DNA from: Octopus vulgaris
Lineage: Eukaryota
Direction of reading: 5' to 3'
NCBI GenBank assembly: GCA_951406725.2
Contig: OX597814.1
Coordinates: 141,794,001-141,858,000 of the forward strand
Length of the DNA: 64,000 nucleotides
The stretch's first letter is position 1. Every line of letters starts with the position of its first letter. Both the position numbers and the translations under genes were made by a program. The notes under the pieces were generated by a model, which saw only the letters and a list, made by a program, of their open reading frames with translations, was not told the origin of the DNA and searched no databases. Below are positions 24,981 through 38,440 of the stretch, piece after piece.

Positions 24981-27304
24981 GTTTGATCTAATAACTTCAA
25001 TAAACCTTTAAATTAGGTTTAGATCATTGATGTGGTTATGTACTTTGATAAAATATGCAGATTACTTCTTAGAAATCATTTATTCAGCTTTTGTCTTTAT
25101 TACTTAGGGTTTTTTTCTTTTCTTTTTAATCTCAAAGTAACTGATTTTCTGGATGTTATAGAAGCAAATTTTTCCTATGATTCCTGACAACTTCTGTAAA
25201 TAATCAAATCAATTATTGGAAAGATAAACAATTTAAGTGTTTATATTTGAAAACTAAAATCCATTACAGACACTATGAAAAAATTAAATTCTTTTGGAGT
25301 AGTACTTTTTTTTTTTTATTTCTGAAGAAAATATGAAAAGGTAAAAAAAAAAACTATCAGCAAAAATTCTCATCAATCTTTCATATTTACATCATTTATT
25401 CACTCGTCTTATTTCATCAGAATTGCCTAGATATTTTTGGTTTTTACTTTTTATCTGTAAATCATCAAACATGAACAATACTTAAGTATAATATTCGTTC
25501 TTTTCAATTTCATTTCATCACATGTTGTTTTGCTTAATATTCTTACTTTGTTTCAAGCACATAATATGTATTGATTTAACTCTCTCAAGTGTTGGCTGTA
25601 TTTTATAAAATGCCTGGTTTGTATTAGCTAAGCCGTTGTGGGATGTATTTACTCAATGCATTTACCAGCTGAGAAACTTGCGTATTCTCTTCGCTATTGA
25701 TAATTGTTTTTTTCCCTTGTTAGATTAATAAATTTCATAACGTAACACTTAGACACACACTCACATACACTCCATATGGTTTTTTTCATAAATTTCAAAA
25801 GCATGTTTGCATGTTGAATAGGCTAAAATTCCGATGTTTTTCCTCTTTCTGTTGATTTTCATGAGATGTTAGTGGGGAGATTGGGGAAAAGTTAGAAATT
25901 CTGGCATTTTCAACATAAATAACTGGAAAATCTTTCCCAACTGAATTAGAGCCTTTTTTTCTCTCTCACCTCCATGATATTTAATAACCAACCGATTGTC
26001 TTTTTGTTTGTCTTTTAGTAATACAAAGAATCCAAAATAGCATATATTCTTTTCCCTTAGCATATTCTTAAGGATATTTGTAGATTATTAAAGGCTTTGG
26101 ATACACTCCTACTGGTTTTAATTTCACAGAAATTGTTGCAAACTTAGTTTACATTATTTTTTCATTCTTTATGACTTTTGCATATTCTTTACATTTCTTG
26201 CCAGCAAATGTTTGAAGAGCAGTTTTACATTTTCTTTTCACAATCTTATCTTTTCTTGTCTGTTATGATTTGGTTATGAGTAAAAAGTATAAAATTATGC
26301 AGAAAAAGGTTTCATAGAAATATCTGAGTATGAAACAGAACAAATAGTTTCTAGAGTCAGTAATTATAATTTGCTATAAGAATTTTGTGTTCTTGTTCAA
26401 AATTTTATTTTGTTTTTTTTTTCTATAATTTTGAAAAATATATTTGTAAATAATTTTCCTACTTTGTTTTTAATGCTTTCTCTTCCCTTCCTTCATTTTT
26501 CTCCTGTTGATTTTACAATTGACTCAGTGAATTTATTGACACTGAATCCCTTTCAAATTACCTTCTTGCTTGTCTTTTCTCCATTCTGCAACAATTCAAA
26601 TTAAATATTTAATCATGCTAACATCAGCCTAAAAGATAGTCTACATGCACTCACTTGCTCACTCCTCACTGGACTCTTTAAACTACGGAAATGATGATGT
26701 AGACAAGTGATGAAAATGACTCTGATTTTGAGAGAAGGGTCAATTGGTACTATAGATCCTAGTACTTAACTGTAAAGAGATGGAACAAACATTGCATGGC
26801 ATTTTTCTGGCACTCTAATTTTTCCAGCTCAATGCCTTAGAATATAAACTGTGATATTTGATCTTCAACCCGAAGTTAGGCATGTAATGAATCTGTTTAT
26901 TTTCTTTGCGCCTTGACTTAAAATACACGTTTTTCCCCCTTAACATTATTTCATATAAATTTAGTGACCTAATACTGAGAATAATTGAACAAAATAATTG
27001 TTGTCTTTGACTCAGTTTCTGATATAATCTAAGGAGTAACCCATTTCCTGTTATTACAAGTGGTGTTACTCTGAAGAATTATGTCATTTGGCTTATGAAT
27101 TTTTTTTTTTTTTTGATTAATTGAAGAAATATTTTGATTAGAGATTAAGTAGAATTTTATTTGTGTCTGTGTTTGTGTGCATGCTTCTACTTCATGCATG
27201 CACACACTCATACAGACTGTTCTAAATTTGAAGTTTTTACACATGAAATGCCTTTAATTAAACTTTGTTATTTAAGTGTACTTTCATAAAAGTAGTACAT
27301 GCAC

Positions 27305-27842
27305 ATGATCACTTAAGCGTTCACTTTCCTATGCTTGCATGGGTTAGATGATTTTATTGAGGCAGATTTTCTCTGGTTGGATGCCCTTCCTCTTGCTACC
27401 CCTTATTCTGCTTCCAAGCAAGGTAATATTTTCCCATGCCCAAACATGTTTTTGCAGAATATTTGAAATGAATGGCTTTGATTTATTAGCAATCATGTGA
27501 TGTTAGCCTAAGGATGGTCACATACATGCGTGCACACACACATACATTGACATAATAATTGTAAATGTCATGCATTTCCCTTATCCTGTGAAAGCTGATT
27601 TGACCATGAGAAAATATTACTTAGCTTGGAGACAGGTATTGAGTTCTTCAGTTCAATATTAAACTATATATAAACTTGGTGCATGCATGCAAATGGGTTT
27701 CTTTAGGTTTGTCTACCCAATCCACTCATAATGCTTTGGTTGGCCTGTAGCTATAGAAGACACTTGCCCAAAGTGACTTGCAGTGGAACTGAACCTGAAT
27801 CCATGTAGTTGTGGAAGTGAACTTCTCAGCCATGCCTGTGTC
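27305..27842 (-). mobile_element. Family B SINE
   Basis: ttcctatgcttgcatgggttagatg..gaggcagattttct..ccaagcaaggtaatattt plus the family A head. Other copies at about 6765-7122(-), 16245-16580(-), 19520-19850(-), 30120-30365(-), 30475-30825(-), 45225-45620(+), 56145-56520(-) and 59830-60220(-). Confidence 0.7.
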
Positions 27843-28436
27843 TATATAGCTATGTATTTTTATTATAGTATTGAAATATATTAGTCATGTGTGTGATAGC
27901 TAGACATGTTGGCAGGAAACACATGAAAATATGTATATTTTTAGTTTTTGATAGATGCGAATTCTTAAACAAACTTTTTTCTTTTTTTTTTTGTGGGGTG
28001 AGGTTGGTTCTTGCCAGAATTTTTAAAGTGTTGCTTAGTTTATTTCATTTTTTTTTTTAATTATTCTTCTATTTCCAACTTGATCAGAAACTTAACACAG
28101 CTCCTTGAAATATTGGTATTTCTAGTTCATATATTTTTCTTTCTGTTTTGCTTCAACGAGAATAACTCTTTGAACTTCTGTCATGCATCAAGCAACTGTA
28201 AATTTACTTGATTTTTTTCAAGCATTCTATTAAGTTCAGTTATACTAGTTATTGATTTCATTGACATGGTGCTGTTTTTGTTATGTTATTTTTTTCAGCT
28301 TCCATTTTAGGACATGTAGTTCATTACCTGTCATCAATATTAGGTAATCAATATAGTTTATGGAAGTAGATACCTGCCAATTTCCCATTTTTTTTTCTGT
28401 TTGCATTTGTTCTGCAGTAGCATTCATGAACCAAGA

Positions 28437-28855
28437 ACTCTTTACTCTTTTACTCTTTTACTTGTTTCAGTCATTTGACTGTGGCCATGCTGGAGCACCG
28501 CCTTTAGTCGAGCAAATTGACCCCGAGACATTCTTTTTAAGCCCAGTACTTATTCTATCGGTCTCTTTTGCCGAACCGCTAAGTGACGGGGACGTAAACA
28601 CACCAGCATCAGTTGTCAAGCAATGCTAGAGGGACAAACACAGACACATAAACATATACATACACATACATACATATATATATACATATATACGACAGGC
28701 TTCTTTCAGTTTCCGTCTACCAAATCCACTCACAAGGCATTGGTCGGCCCGAGGCTATAGCAGAAGACACTTGCCCAAGATGCCACGCAGTGGGACTGAA
28801 CCCAGAACCATGTGGTTGGTAGGCAAGCTACTTACCACACAGCCACTCCTGCACC
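28437..28855 (-). mobile_element. Young full-length family A SINE
   Basis: Reverse complement is near-identical to 34545-34943; (tactcttt)n tail. Confidence 0.9.
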
Positions 28856-31800
28856 TGTTTATTTTTTTTTTTACTTGTCTTGAATAAATTTAATATGGTT
28901 TTTAACTCTTACAAATTACCACTGATTCTCTTTCAAACATATACTCCTGGTTTTATTATAGCCTATATTTTCACTCCTTCATCACAGTTGTTTGGTATGA
29001 AACTTGAACTTCCATGTATGAATTACTATTTATATTTTCAGTTTTGGTTTAACTACTAAGGATTTTAACAGGCTATGGGTTAATCTTCGGTGGTAGACTT
29101 TATCTATTGCCCAGTTTAACACCACTTCCTAGATGCTTTTGTCTCTTCTATTGCAAGTATTTGGTTAAGGGGGTCAGGTCTGAGGTTATGTCCTTCCCAC
29201 TAATTTTTTGAGGTCCTGTTTACCTTCCTTATTAAAATGACAAGAGAAAAAGAGGTATGCTTCTCTGGATTACTAAATATTAGCCAATGTCATTATATTC
29301 ATGTTTAATGTTTGGAACAGAGTTGGTGACTGTTAATCTCTCATTTACATTTGGCTATAAGATGGTAGTAGTTGTCATTTTACTATTGATTTTCTGTTTT
29401 CTTGTAAGACATTGACTGTATTCTTGTTTACAGCTGTTTCAAGCTAATTTGATTTGCTCATTTAATATTAATCTTGAGGCTTTGAAGTTCTTCAAGCAAT
29501 TGTTTTCCATTGCCTGAAACATTTAGCATCTCTATAGAATGCGAGAGGCCTTAATCCTTCTTAAATTGGTTAGAAGTTTCTCAATAGATCAAGACAAATT
29601 CTTTTGGAGTATACATGCTTTAAACTGTCATTTAAAATTCCAGACTTAGGATAAGCAGATGAAAACTAAACTGTTGGAAAGCCATTTATTATAGACTTTA
29701 ATCCTAGGACAGCCTTCCTTTTCATGTTCATTTTTGATATTCTGCTGATTTATTAGTATAAAAACCATGATAGTATTTATCATCATTGCCTTTTTGAAGT
29801 TAATAGGAATTGACAAGTTTTAATTTTTTTTTTATGCTGAATCTTTGTTTTATTGTGCAAATAAACAAGATTGTAGTTATCAAGTGTTTTATTACTGTGC
29901 CACTGTGGAATTATTTAGTGCTTCTTTATTTCTGTTTTATCATTTTTAAATTGATCATAATTTTTGTGTTGGAGTTTTGCAATCATTTAGACAAACTGCT
30001 GCATTTTATTTTTGATGCAGAGATTTTACATCTTTCTGTGAAAATGGAAATTGGTTTACTGACATATACAGGCATATGTGTACATAAACAGGAATATGCA
30101 TATATATGGGCGCACATACAAAACATTTAATATCCATTTTTCCGTGCTTGCATGGATTAGATGGAACTTGTTGAACCAGATTTTTCAAGTCTCCTTCCTT
30201 TCCCGTCTCCAACCCTCACCTGTTTTCAAGAAAGGTAATATTTTCCCATAGCTAAACATGCTTTGTGTGGAAGATTGAAATGGAACATATGCATGCACAT
30301 ATGCATGTGCATGCACACAGTTTTTCAGTTTTTGCCTACCAAATCCACTCACAAGGCTTTGGACTTCATAATTTCCTTAGAACTGTTATACATGGTACTA
30401 AGGCATTGTCAGAAATGATTTCATAAATTGGACATTCTTCGTTATAAGAGAGACTGGCTCTTTGATTCCATCTTTACATTGTAACATCCACTTTTCCATG
30501 CTTGATTGAAAGGAATTCTGTTGAGATGACTTTTTTACAGCCAGGTGCTCTTTTTGCTGCCAACCCTTGCCTGTTTCCAAGTAAGGTAATAGTTCCCCAA
30601 TAACCAGACATCTTCATCAGAAGAATTGAAACACTGCTTGCATGACTGACATTCACTTGAACTTCTTTTCATGATGAACTTTGTTTCTAACTATCAAATC
30701 CATCAAAAAGCTCTTGTTGGTCCAAGGTTAAAGAAGACCCTTGCAAGAAGTGGCACATAATGGGAATGTACCTGAAACCATGTGGTTGAGAAGCAAACTT
30801 CTTAGCATACAGCTGTTGCATTGACACCTTCCTTGGTAGAAATTGAGCCCTAAAAGAAAATTTGTACACTGCTAATTAATCTCCCATAATGTCTGTAATT
30901 AGACTGCAGTCAGATACAATGTATCCTGTTGAAATCTCCTTTGGTTTTTTTTTCTTAAGCTGAAATTTTTACTATTTCATTTGACTTTCTTCTCTAGTGC
31001 ATAGAAATAATTCACAATTTTTATTTTTATAAGAAATAAGTTCATCTGGTTTTGTGGTAACAATGATGTTAATTTACTTCTACCATCAGACCACTTTCCT
31101 CTTAGCTATAACTTTGGCACAGTTCTGCTAACGTGGGTGACATAACATTCTCTAAAAAAAAAATATTGTCTTACATAACAGTAACACAATAATAATGGAG
31201 TATATAATTGCATTGGTTAACAAGTACTTCCAAGAAAGATTTCTGCCAGAAATCAATATAATCTATGATTCGCTCATATTTACTTATTATTTACAAGTAT
31301 GCATGTTGTTGGATACTATTTACTGTTCTTATTTTAGTTATTGACTTTTCTTTCTCTGGAATATGATTTCTATGTTGGATCTGACAACTCGCTCTAGCTA
31401 TTTGAAAACTTCATTGATTTTAATCATCTTAGTTTTCCCACCTTCCCAATATAACCACTGAATAATTTTAAATCAGTGCATTCTTGTTGGCATTTACAAG
31501 GTGGTATTTTAGTAACAAGGAAGAATATTCCAACCCCTTACTTAACAGCTAAGCTGGTCTAGGATAGTCTGATTTTCTGTTTTTCTTTTCTTGAATATAG
31601 TTTTACAAGATGCTGGTAGTAAGACACCCATTCTTCTATGCTTTACTAGTTCTTCTCTTAAAATAAACATCAATCTTGTGAAAATAAATTTGATGCTCAG
31701 AAAGAGAAAATTACGTAAAGCTAAATATTTTAGAATTTCACACACTGTAGTTTTGAAATTCTAATTTTACTTCACTCAAATATACTTTATTTTATGTGTG

Positions 31801-31979
31801 TATTCATTTGCTTATTTCATGCTCAATAAGTATTAGTGATACACAACTAATTACAGCACTTATCTCTTGCAGTTCTTAAGAGGGAATTCTTTTTGTTTTT
31901 GTTTTGATTAGCTTAGTTTTTTTCTCTTATCTAAATTCTAGAAATTCAAGGAAAATTAACAAAAAAGTAATCTGGTTGG

Positions 31980-32250
31980 GTCATTAACTTGCATATCTGT
32001 TGGCCAAAAGGTTGTTGGATCACATCAGTTCATTAGCACCAGCTGTTTTCTTTGTAATGGTAGTTCTTGATGACTTTGAATCATTTGCCTATAAACAGGT
32101 TTTGTATGTTCATCTTCTAAGTACTGGTGTCTTCTTTATGATTAAGATTTCATTTAATATTGAACCATTTTATGATCAACAGGAATGGAATGGTAACACT
32201 TGACAGATTATCTGCAAAATATTATTAGGAACAGAACTTGGATAGCTTTC
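31980..32250 (-). mobile_element. Possible decayed RTE-like RT fragment
   Basis: Minus strand YFADNL (YADD-like) near 32222-32205, followed by IIKKTPVL (INxKKT-like). Confidence 0.35.
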
Positions 32251-32659
32251 AAATTTATGACAGCAATAAATTTAAAATGTGATATTTCATTTATGTTTTT
32301 GAAAATTTTATACTTTAGTATAAATCTCCTTTAACTGTGATTAAGTGCTTCTGAAGATTTTATGGGGTACATAGTCAAAGTGATCCCCAGAAAAGTTGGT
32401 TTCTACAGTACTATAACTCAAAGAAGCATTTCTCAATTATACGGTTTCTGCTCTTTTTTGCAGTGAATCTGATACTCTCTGCTTTCTATTTGGTGAATTA
32501 GACCACTTTAAAGTCGTACTTTGGTTATGCACAAATTGGTTCTTCCCATTTTTTTCTTTTCATAAAGGCAAGAATGTTTATCTTAGCTTGTATTTATTGA
32601 AAATCAAATTTGATTTTTGTAAAATATGAAATACTCAAGCCTAATGTTTTTAAGTTTAT

Positions 32660-32860
32660 AGTTGTGATTCAGCAGACTTGTGATCAAAGGTATCCCAGCT
32701 TTGAGCATCTTTCCCCACCCCTAGAATTTTTAGGCAGTCTTTTTTTTTTCTTTTTTGTAACTACAATATCTAATGTATTAAGGTAATAGTGTGATTTGAG
32801 GGAAATTTGGCTGTTATTTATATCAGAGTAAACAATCTAGTAGCACTTACCTTGCTTGTA
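32660..32860 (+). repeat. Old interspersed repeat (family F)
   Basis: gcagacttgtgatcaaagg..gtgtgatttgagggaaatttggctgttattt. Also at about 15615-15790, 47340-47440 and 49370-49530, and in reverse orientation at 6225-6365 and 33093-33295. Confidence 0.55.
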
Positions 32861-33092
32861 TTGGGGGAAATAGCATTAAATTTCCAAATGACAAGCTTAT
32901 AGTTGTAAAAATGTAAATTGTAACATTTCACACTGGGCTTATCTTGAGAGAAAATTTACAAGCCTAAGATTGTAAGGCAGAATGTTAATTTCTGTTGCAT
33001 GTCCCTGCCTCAAGTCATTAGAATGCCTACCTTCTAGCATACAGACCTATTCATTATATATAATAGACAAGATATATAAAAGTTGTGTGTGT

Positions 33093-33295
33093 GAGCCAAT
33101 GATGGTGCCTCTCTACATAGTTACTCATCCTGGTAAAAACAGCAGCCAAGACTTCCTATTCTAATTACAGCAGTTAGCTTTTAAAAAAAGGGAAGGACAC
33201 ATATATTGTAGTTTGTGCATACCTCTAAAAAAAGTAACAATTGCTCTTCCTTTTATCAGAACTGTTTGATGATTACTACCCTGGGGCTAAACATC
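33093..33295 (-). repeat. Family F repeat, inverted relative to 32660-32860
   Basis: Reverse complement contains gtttagccccagg..aactacaata..cttggctgctgttttt..cattggctc. Confidence 0.5.
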
Positions 33296-33350
33296 ATTTC
33301 AATTGATTATAAGCCATTGACTTATTTTTCTCTTTTCCTTCTATTGACAG

Positions 33351-33457
33351 AAAGTTGTGGTCAACATACCAGAAATACATGAAGGGAGATTGTATTCCCT
33401 TCAATAGTATTCGCGATGCATTCAATGAACTCAACCTTTATCCATCACTTACTCAGG
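33351..33457 (+). CDS. Internal coding exon (107 nt, 1 + 35 codons + 1) of a large + strand gene; degenerate EF-hand-like segment, possibly the N-terminal region of a Raw/olrn-1-like protein
   Basis: Strong acceptor (cttatttttctcttttccttctattgacag|) and consensus donor (CAGG|gtaagt). The frame starting at 33352 is open: KLWSTYQKYMKGDCIPFNSIRDAFNELNLYPSLTQ, with an amphipathic helix-loop-helix pattern. The family assignment is from memory of a (L/I)(Y/F)PSxxQ motif and is much weaker than the exon call. Confidence 0.75.
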
Positions 33458-33559
33458 GTAAGTTCTAAAGCTTTTACACATCATTTCAATCCTTTTCTAT
33501 TCCTTAATGTTGTCTCTCCCATTCATATTTAACTCGTTTCATATATCTACTTTCTATTT

Positions 33560-33960
33560 TGCCATTGCTCTCCCTCCCCCCAGCTCTCACTCTCTCGTGC
33601 GCTTGCTCTCTTCCTCCAGCTCTGGCTCTCTGTCTCATGCGCTCACCCCCCACCCCCACCCCCGCAGCTCTTGCTCTCTCGTGCTCTTGCTCCTCCCCTC
33701 ACACACAGCTCTTGCTCTGTCTCATGCACTCACCCCCCCCCTGCACCTCTCTCTCTCTGTCTCATGTGCTTGCTCTCTCCCCTCACCTCTCCCTCTCTTG
33801 TGTGCTCGTTCTCTCCCCCCATCTCTCCCTCTCTGTCTCGTGTGCTCTCTCCACTTCTCGCCTTTTGTTTTTCTTTCTCTGTTCCCAAATCGTGTTCGCT
33901 GCGGGAAATTCAAAAATAAAATAAAAATTACAAACCCATGGATTTTCTTTACCAATCTCA
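33560..33960. repeat. CT-rich degenerate tandem repeat within a probable non-autonomous transposon
   Basis: Repeated ctctcgtgcgct/ctcatgcgctc/ctctccccc units, followed by a CpG-retaining tail (aaatcgtgttcgctgcgggaaattc). Confidence 0.5.
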
Positions 33961-34544
33961 ATTTACATTATGCCTTAGAGTTTCTTTAATCATCTAACAG
34001 CGCCTTGTTTGAACAGTAACTAAATATATGTGTGCATGTTTGTACTTAGATTGTCAGTAATTTTGTCTTTTTAAAGGTACTTTAAAGTTACTGTACTTAG
34101 AAATCTTGGCAATACATCATCTTGAACTAAAAGACTGTGTGCTATAATGTGCACTAGGAATAAATTACATATTGAAATTTTAGCTTTTGCTAAAATTTGT
34201 CTTTTTACATGATTTTCCAATAAGCAAACAAAATAAAATTTTAAAATTAAGTAAACACTGAATAATGCTTAATTAGATAGAAATCAATTAAAAAAAAGTA
34301 TAGGAATTATATTAAAAGCAGATGATTATCAGATAGTTTTCAATCTCTTAAATCTTCTCTGATCACAAAAGCGAAAATAATGAAGAGTTGTGATGATCAT
34401 ACTTTTACTAAGGTATTGTAAAATATGCACCTGTTGTTGTGCATGTTAGAAAAGAGGCATTTTTGTCTTGTCATTTTTAAATTGTTTTTTCTAAATTTGT
34501 TGGTTTTTGTTAGGTTTTCAATGGATTAGTTTATATAAAACTTA

Positions 34545-34943
34545 GGCGCAGGAGTGGCTGTGTGGTAAGTAGCTTGTTTACCAACCACATGGTTCCGGGT
34601 TCAGTCCAACTGCGTGGCACCTTGGGCAAGTGTCTTCTACTATAGCCTCGGGCCGACCAAAGCCTTGTGAGTGGATTTGGTAGACGGAAACTGAAAGAAG
34701 CCCGTCGTATGTGTATATATATATGCGTGTTTGTGTGTCTGTGTTTGTCCCCATAGCATTGCTTGACAACCGATGCTGGTGTGTTTATGTCCCCGTCACT
34801 TAGCGGTTCGGCAAAAGAGACCGATAGAATAAGTACTGGGCTTACAAAAGAATAAGTCCCGGGTTCAAGTTGCTTGATTAAAGGCGGTGCTCCAGCATGG
34901 CTGCAGTCAAATGACTGAAACTAATAAAAGAGTATAAAAGAGT
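34545..34943 (+). mobile_element. Young full-length tRNA-derived SINE (octopus OR-type head with CORE-like segment), family A
   Basis: Box A tggctgtgtgg, box B ggttcagtcc, ggcaccttgggcaagtg CORE-like motif, central (TA/TG)n and a taaaagag-repeat tail; CpGs are intact. Confidence 0.9.
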
Positions 34944-36634
34944 AATTTATAAAGGAGAGGGATACTGTACAGCAATAGTTATGCAAATATTCAATACATG
35001 TCTTAAGATGCAATGCCCATGAAGGGAAATATTAAAATCACAGGAAAAGACAATGTCATCAATGGAGCCAATTGAGAAGTTGATAATCAATTGCTCAATT
35101 TGTTAGAAACAGCATTTACATCCCCTGTTAAAATCTGTTTTGAAGAAAAATTAAAGGGGTGAAAATGCATAGAATTTCATATACAGACATAATTTTGCAG
35201 TTAAATTTTTTTAGCAAACATGTGGTTTTGGCTTTGTATTCAATCTCCTTGTGTGGCACCCTTGACAATTGTCTTCTACTATAGCTCCAGGATGACCAAC
35301 GCTTTTTAGACATTTGTGTGTCTCTCTTTGCATTTCATTTAATACTTAAGATGTTGCTTTTTTTACATCCTTTGTAAATTGGTTCAGCAAAAAAAAAAAA
35401 AAAATCAATAGAATAAGCATGAAGTCTAAAATTATATTCGAGTGTCAATTTCATCAACAAAACCTTTTGAGGTGGTACTCCAACATGGTCACTGACTGAA
35501 ATAAATAAGAGCATATTAGAGTAGACAGAAAACTGGCCCCCAACTGGAAACCTTTGATCATTGTGTTCAGTAATGGTTTATTTGGGTGAGGCCAAAGGGT
35601 AACTATCATCAGCATTTAATGTCAGTTTTTCATGCTGGCATGGCTTGGATGATTTGAGAGGAGCTGGCAAACCAGATGTCCGCACCAAGCTAAACAGTAA
35701 CCATGTTCTTAAATACAAATGTATCAGCACATTTAATGCATGCTTCATTAAAAATATTAAAATAAAATAAATCTTAATTTTATGACTAGTTCCCATTTTG
35801 GCATGAGTTGGGTAGGTTTTCATGATCTGAGCTCTTATTTGAAATTATTGCTCTCTGAAATAGTTTGAAGGACTGCATCTCTCATTTTTGGCTTCTTTTC
35901 TATGACTGAATATCTTTTGTCATTAATGTCACTCTAGTTTTATGAGTGCATTGTTGTTGCAGAACTTAAGCTTGTGAGGTTGTTCTACTCCTGTAGTTAC
36001 AAAGTGTAAGAACAAAAGATAACTGACACCAGAATAAGAAAGAAAAACAGCTCCAAAGTTGAATATAAACTCAAAACTTTTTTCTTAAGTGGTAACAAGC
36101 AAATTAAATACCCATATTCAATAATTCTGAAATGCTGCCTACATAACAAACAATACTTAAGTACATATCATGCATATTTAATACATAGAACAAGAAAATT
36201 TTGAAGTTAAATAAAACCTGTAGTTAAGGGGTGGGTAGGAAATTAGATAATTCCTTCCTATACTATATAATTTTTCTGCAAATAAGAGAGACAACTAAAG
36301 ACATTTCTCTTTTGCTCTATATTTTCAATGTTTACTTTTGCAGTTGAAATTTCTTACTTCGACATATTTTTGACCTGTCTCTATCATTACCATTCTTTTA
36401 TCTTTCAAGTATTTACTTTTTCCATAACTGTTTTCTATGAAAAGTCTAAATTTTACTTGTAGAATGGTTTCTTTATTTGGACTACAATTTCCTACTGCAA
36501 ATTGACATTTCTATTTGTTGCAGTACCTAAATTGATATAAATGAAAGAATTCTTTAAATAACAATGCATATAGTCTATAAACATTGTCTAAATAGATTCT
36601 CTTTAAAGCTGTGTGTGGGGTGGGGGGTGAGGAT

Positions 36635-36992
36635 GGAGCATGGTTGTGTGGTTAAGAAGCTTGCTTCCAAACCATTGTGTGGCACCTTGGACAAGTGTCA
36701 TCTACTAAAGCCCTAGGTTGACCAAAACATTGTAAGTAGATTTGGTTGATGGAAAATGTCCATTGTGTGTCTACCCTTGTCTTGGCATTGTATAATGGTT
36801 AACAAGCAACACTATCATACAAGAAATGTTGTTTGACTCTGTTCTGTGAAAAAATGCCTTGAGGGAAATATTGCTTTGCTTGGAAACAGGTGAGGGTCGG
36901 TGACTACAAGATGCAATGCACCCAACTATAGATCTGCCTCAAATTTCATCTGCCCCATAAAGGCATAGAAAAAGTGAATGTTAAAACAATAT
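36635..36992 (+). mobile_element. Family B SINE
   Basis: Head gcatggttgtgtggttaag..ggcaccttggacaagtg and tail gcttggaaacaggtgagggtcggtgac..atctgcctca. Confidence 0.7.
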
Positions 36993-38440
36993 GTCCTCAT
37001 CATTTTAATGCCTGCACATAAAGGACAAGCTTATTTTGATTTCCATCAACCAAATCTTATTTTTGACCAGCCTGAGGTTTTAAACACTTGTCTAAGGTGC
37101 CATATGATGGGAGTGAACCTGAAACCAGATAGTTGGGAAGCAAACTTCTTAATCACACAGCCATGTCTTCCTGCAGCCTTACAATGGGAGTGAATAATTA
37201 CATATTTTTTTCTGATTTTGTCATGAGATTTTTAGGATAGATTTCTGATTTATTAATTTTATGATGCTTTTGTAAATTTATTATTACTCATTATTTCATT
37301 GTTTTATTCTACTCAGTATTAACTGAAATTTTAATTTCTCTTTTTAAATAAATTGCAATTATATAATTGAAAATGGGGCAATATATTTGTACTTAGTGTT
37401 TGCAGTTTGCTTTTGCTAGTCTGAATTCACTCGGTATATTTTTCACAATTTAACTAGAAGTTACTGTAAATGTCAACTTATTAGTTAAATTAGTGATTTG
37501 GTGCAAAGCTTATTTAAGAAAAATATGTTTTATAAAATTTGTTAATGGGGAAATCTTTTTGTGACTGTTATATAATTTATTTCCAGCACTGAAATATTTC
37601 GAATACAATTCATTTCATTTGGTGGTCTGGTCTTGTCTTGTTAAGTATCCAATTTAAGAGCCACAGATGGCAAAGTTGATAGGGTGCTAGCTTATCTAAA
37701 GGATTGGTGGTTAATTTCCTGTCACCAGCAGTGCACTTTGTTCATGGTAAAGATACTGAAGTAGATTGTAAAAATGGTACTTATCTCTATAAGCTGTGCA
37801 ACAGTACTATAAAATCAACGGCTAATTTAGCTTGTAGTGCTGTTTGACTTTGTCTTGGAGAGGGATGCAGTCCATTGGGCTGGCTTGCTTCAGATACACA
37901 TGCAGTGTATATGAGTCCTGGGACACATTGCAACCGTGTAATCACTGTAGCTTTGCAGAATCTCCATATTGTTTAGTATATTCACTTTCAGAGAAAAGTG
38001 AAGTAGTTTATATAAAATCTTTAAAAGTAAAAGTTAATTCACATGAAAAGGCTAATATAAATGGACTGATACTTTAACGACAATGTATACATTAACCAAT
38101 TAAAATAGATATCAAACACTATTAGCATTATCAACTGATTGTCCTACCTAAAGACACATACACAGAGGGACATGGACAGACACACACACACACACACACA
38201 CAGGGACACGGGGACACACACAGATGCAGGCAGGTGGACGGATGGACAGACGGAGGAAGTAAATGTCTTTATGAAATAATTGGTTTTTATTGATATTCAT
38301 GAAAATAGGCATGATGGCTTTTCACAGAAAATATCAATCAGATGTAACTGAATTTAAAGAAACAAACTGAAAAGAATTTCCAGTTTATTAGCCATTAGAC
38401 TGTTACCTTCCTTAATTTACCTTTTACCTGGCCTGATATA

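Noticed and set aside
33507-33989. Longest ORF in the track (160 aa) and overlapping ORFs
   Set aside because: Low-complexity CT repeat that is open in several frames; it lies in the intron just after a strong donor.
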